Shown piece by piece: positions 60,901 through 64,000 of a stretch of DNA of 64,000 nucleotides; position 1 is the stretch's first letter; every line of letters begins with the position of its first letter. The DNA lies in the NCBI GenBank assembly GCA_964016885.1, contig OZ024741.1, positions 62,806,001-62,870,000 of the forward strand. Reading direction: 5' to 3'. The position numbers and the translations under genes were made by a program. Below the pieces are notes generated by a model, which saw nothing but the letters and a program-made list of their open reading frames with translations, was not told where the DNA came from and searched no databases. This DNA is from Eledone cirrhosa. Its lineage: Eukaryota.

Positions 60901-61945
60901 CAGCAATGCTCTGATGTTGACGTTGAACGGTTTCATCTCTTTGCGAGCATCTCTCAGAGATCCATAGTTAGGCATACAGTGCCTAAAGATTTTTATCCCA
61001 AAGCTGTGCCAGAACAAAGGCATGAACAAATGTCCAGTGACTAAAGCCGAAGTTTCATGGGATCCGACCAGTCACTTGATTATTTTCGATGAAAACAGGC
61101 CCCGAGAATATAGTTACTCTAACAAATACAAGTCCTAAATAAATGAATATATACACAATGATATTCAAATGACTGCTTTATTTACTCAAAATATACGCAT
61201 GAGATCATCGACATTTTTTATCGAATTGTGTTTTACTGGTTAAAGGAATATCTAGTATAACATTAAACAGAAGATTCAAGAACAATCTAAACTATATACC
61301 AATGACATGGGACGTTTGCATTTGGGTATGACGGCAAAGCTACAATATTGAACAGCAAACACATTTCACAGAATTACGTGGTTACTTATCTCGAATATTC
61401 TGCCTGAAGCAATTACTTTTAGAATTAATTAAAGTCCTCTCTACAAAGCCATCAAATATGAAGCCAGAAAAGTTAAACCATTTGCAAATCTATTTAGATA
61501 AATAAGGAAGCTGCGTATACGAACAAAGCGACTGTAATGCATGCAGAATTATATAATTTTACAAACTCATATGCTATATAAGAACACTTACTTGGTTTCC
61601 AAATAACTATCAACTGGAATTTAGTTTCAAACAATATATTTATTCGAGAAATATATTTCCCTCTTTAAAACATTTACATAAAGGAAACATGTAGTATATT
61701 TAATCAAGTGCAATGACACTCTCACCTCAAAGGTAAACATTTGGTATTTTTCATCTACTACGTTCCAAATGTAATAACAATCCTGGTCACCTATTTGCAT
61801 TTATTTAGAATTTGAAATGATGGTTTGTGCCTAATGATCCTTTGCATTCATAGTATGTCGTGGATATTACCATGAAACTACATCAATCTTGTATTGTAAT
61901 TATGTAATGCACGTACACACAAACACGCAAAAACACAGATACACT

Positions 61946-62007
<62 letters not shown>

Positions 62008-62043
62008 CATATGTATATATATATATATGTATATGTATGTATA

Positions 62044-62174
<131 letters not shown>

Positions 62175-62533
62175 ATATATATAAATATAAATATATATAT
62201 ATATATTAAGAAATATTGGAGAAAGAGGTAGAGATAAGAAATAGGAAAGAGAGAGAGGAGGGAGAATGGAAAGGAAAACGAAAAGGAGAAAATGTATTTT
62301 ATTAGAAATCTACTTCACATGTTCTCGAAATGCTTTGTAGGAATTAAACTTTTTAAAATATATATAATTCCCAAAGCTGAATGTTCAATGATACTAAATT
62401 ATCCATGTGGCACACACTATTGAGTTTTAAAGAAATATTTCAAGCAGCTTTCTCCAACAATATTTATGGAGGTCACAGAAAGGAAATATTTATCAACATA
62501 TATTGTAATATACACACACATATATATATAGTG

Positions 62534-62566
<33 letters not shown>

Positions 62567-62581
62567 ATATATATATATATA

Positions 62582-62618
<37 letters not shown>

Positions 62619-62636
62619 GTATATATATATATATAC

Positions 62637-62710
<74 letters not shown>

Positions 62711-62736
62711 GTATGTATGTATATATATATATATAC

Positions 62737-62779
<43 letters not shown>

Positions 62780-63339
62780 CGTATATATATATATACATAT
62801 ATATGTATGTATATATATATATACGTATATATATATATACTATATATACATATATATATATATATATATGCATAAAGACAATAAAGTGATAAACATATAT
62901 GATGGTGCTGGTAAACACAGATGGCAATAGCTACTATCACGTGCTATAGAAGTTGCGGTTATTTGTATTAATAGTAGAATACAGTAGTTTCATAGACATA
63001 AACAATTTAACTCATTCAGATGATTGTATATAGCTAATGAGAAAATGGGTGGCTAGAGATAGTTGTTTGCAGCAGTGGTCTGTGCATCTTATGTAGTTTT
63101 GAGGTTCAGATTTTGTCCTATTTTGTTATGTAGCTGTAGATTTAATGCGACCATTCTTTTTGTGGGTGATGGTTGTTCCCCCTGCACATGCACTTAGGTA
63201 AGCTGGAGTAAAGATGGGTTTTGCGAAAAGCTCATGGCCTGTGACTTGATGATCATTAACAACACGTTTTGCCGCCGACAATAAGTGTTATATAGGTTTA
63301 CCTATTCATGGATATCTCAGTGTGCTGGAATATATGCAG

Positions 63340-63660
63340 TCCCTTGCGCATGCAGAGTTGAAACTTGTGTCTCCCGAGGATGCCCAGTCAAGAATACTCG
63401 AAAGAAGGTTGGAGATTGTATCCCCTTGGTCTCGCAGCTTCTAGATAAACCGTATAGATAGCTTGAATTTCCCTTGCTCTTACATTCGATCTCATCGGCA
63501 ATTAGGCGTATATAGTTCCACAGGATATCAAATGGTTGAGTGAGCGTTGAAAGACGGGATCCTGCAGAGAAGTAGTAGGGATTTGGCAGTTGTACGTTGG
63601 TGCCAGTAGCAGCATCAGTATAGTTGTATGTTTTCCTCGGCTGTGGCATGCGATACTGTA
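63340..63660 (-). pseudogene. Highly degenerate LINE RT relic
   Basis: QPFDILWNYIRL and, in another frame, LRDQGDTISNLLSSILDW resemble RT domains 3-4 (KAFD..LW; RQGDxISPxLF..LDW). Confidence 0.45.
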
Positions 63661-64000
63661 AGCGATACTATCTATGCCTGGGGAACTAAACTTAACGTTA
63701 TGTGAATTAAAGTTTACCGTATGTGTCGTTTAATTAAGAACAATTTATAACTATATTTCTACAGAGGTCTAGATAGAATAGAGGATTAAATAAAATTATG
63801 TTTCTTCTCTTCTTATTCTTCTCCTATTTATTCCTGGGAGGATCGTGGGGAATAGTCTTCAAGCGGGCCCAGTCAGAAGCAACAGTCTCCACTTGAACCG
63901 GCTGCAAAACCAACCGAGCTCATCGGTGTTATCCAATCGTCCTGCTCGGAGTTGGGGATCCACCAGGAATTTTAATAACTAAAGATTTTTCTAAGGCTTT

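Noticed and set aside
60900-61900. Host gene exons in the unique-looking AT-rich stretches (also 33.0-35.0, 44.0-45.3 and 47.2-47.7 kb)
   Set aside because: No recognisable protein motif; small exons cannot be excluded without RNA-seq.
63320-63400. Plus-strand GIYAVPCAC as a GIY-YIG endonuclease start
   Set aside because: No YIG or downstream motifs; the minus strand fits a LINE RT relic better.

Overview
This is eukaryotic, AT-rich, repeat-saturated DNA with no recognisable host gene; the SINE and microsatellite style suggests a cephalopod such as Octopus (inference). Most ORFs in the supplied track are artefacts of (TA)n, (CA)n and (GAA)n runs. The real content is a nest of retroelements. 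Penelope-like elements (PLEs; RT plus GIY-YIG endonuclease) dominate: near-complete copies at 14597-16731(-) and 35631-37843(+) each carry one frameshift, and truncated copies lie at about 10.3-12.5, 20.1-21.1, 26.8-27.9, 32.7-33.0, 49.8-51.7 and 58.8-59.1 kb. Also present are two Tx1/L1-type LINE fragments, RTE-like relics, tRNA-type SINEs with target-site duplications, and one non-autonomous Helitron. The unannotated layer is RNA: by eye I find about 40 type-I hammerhead ribozyme (HHR) motifs from more than 15 unrelated pLTR families. They occur in non-coding tandem arrays (6 x about 537 bp at 22.9-26.1 kb), fold-back mini-elements and PLE termini, nearly all inserted in (TA)n. Notable details are helix II domains of 60-115 nt in several families, family-specific palindromic helix III, U3-A8 core variants, an inversion breakpoint 1 nt from a predicted self-cleavage site, and a shared TTGAGYRCTT motif in pLTR tails. 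All structures were read manually; nothing was folded, aligned or database-searched.
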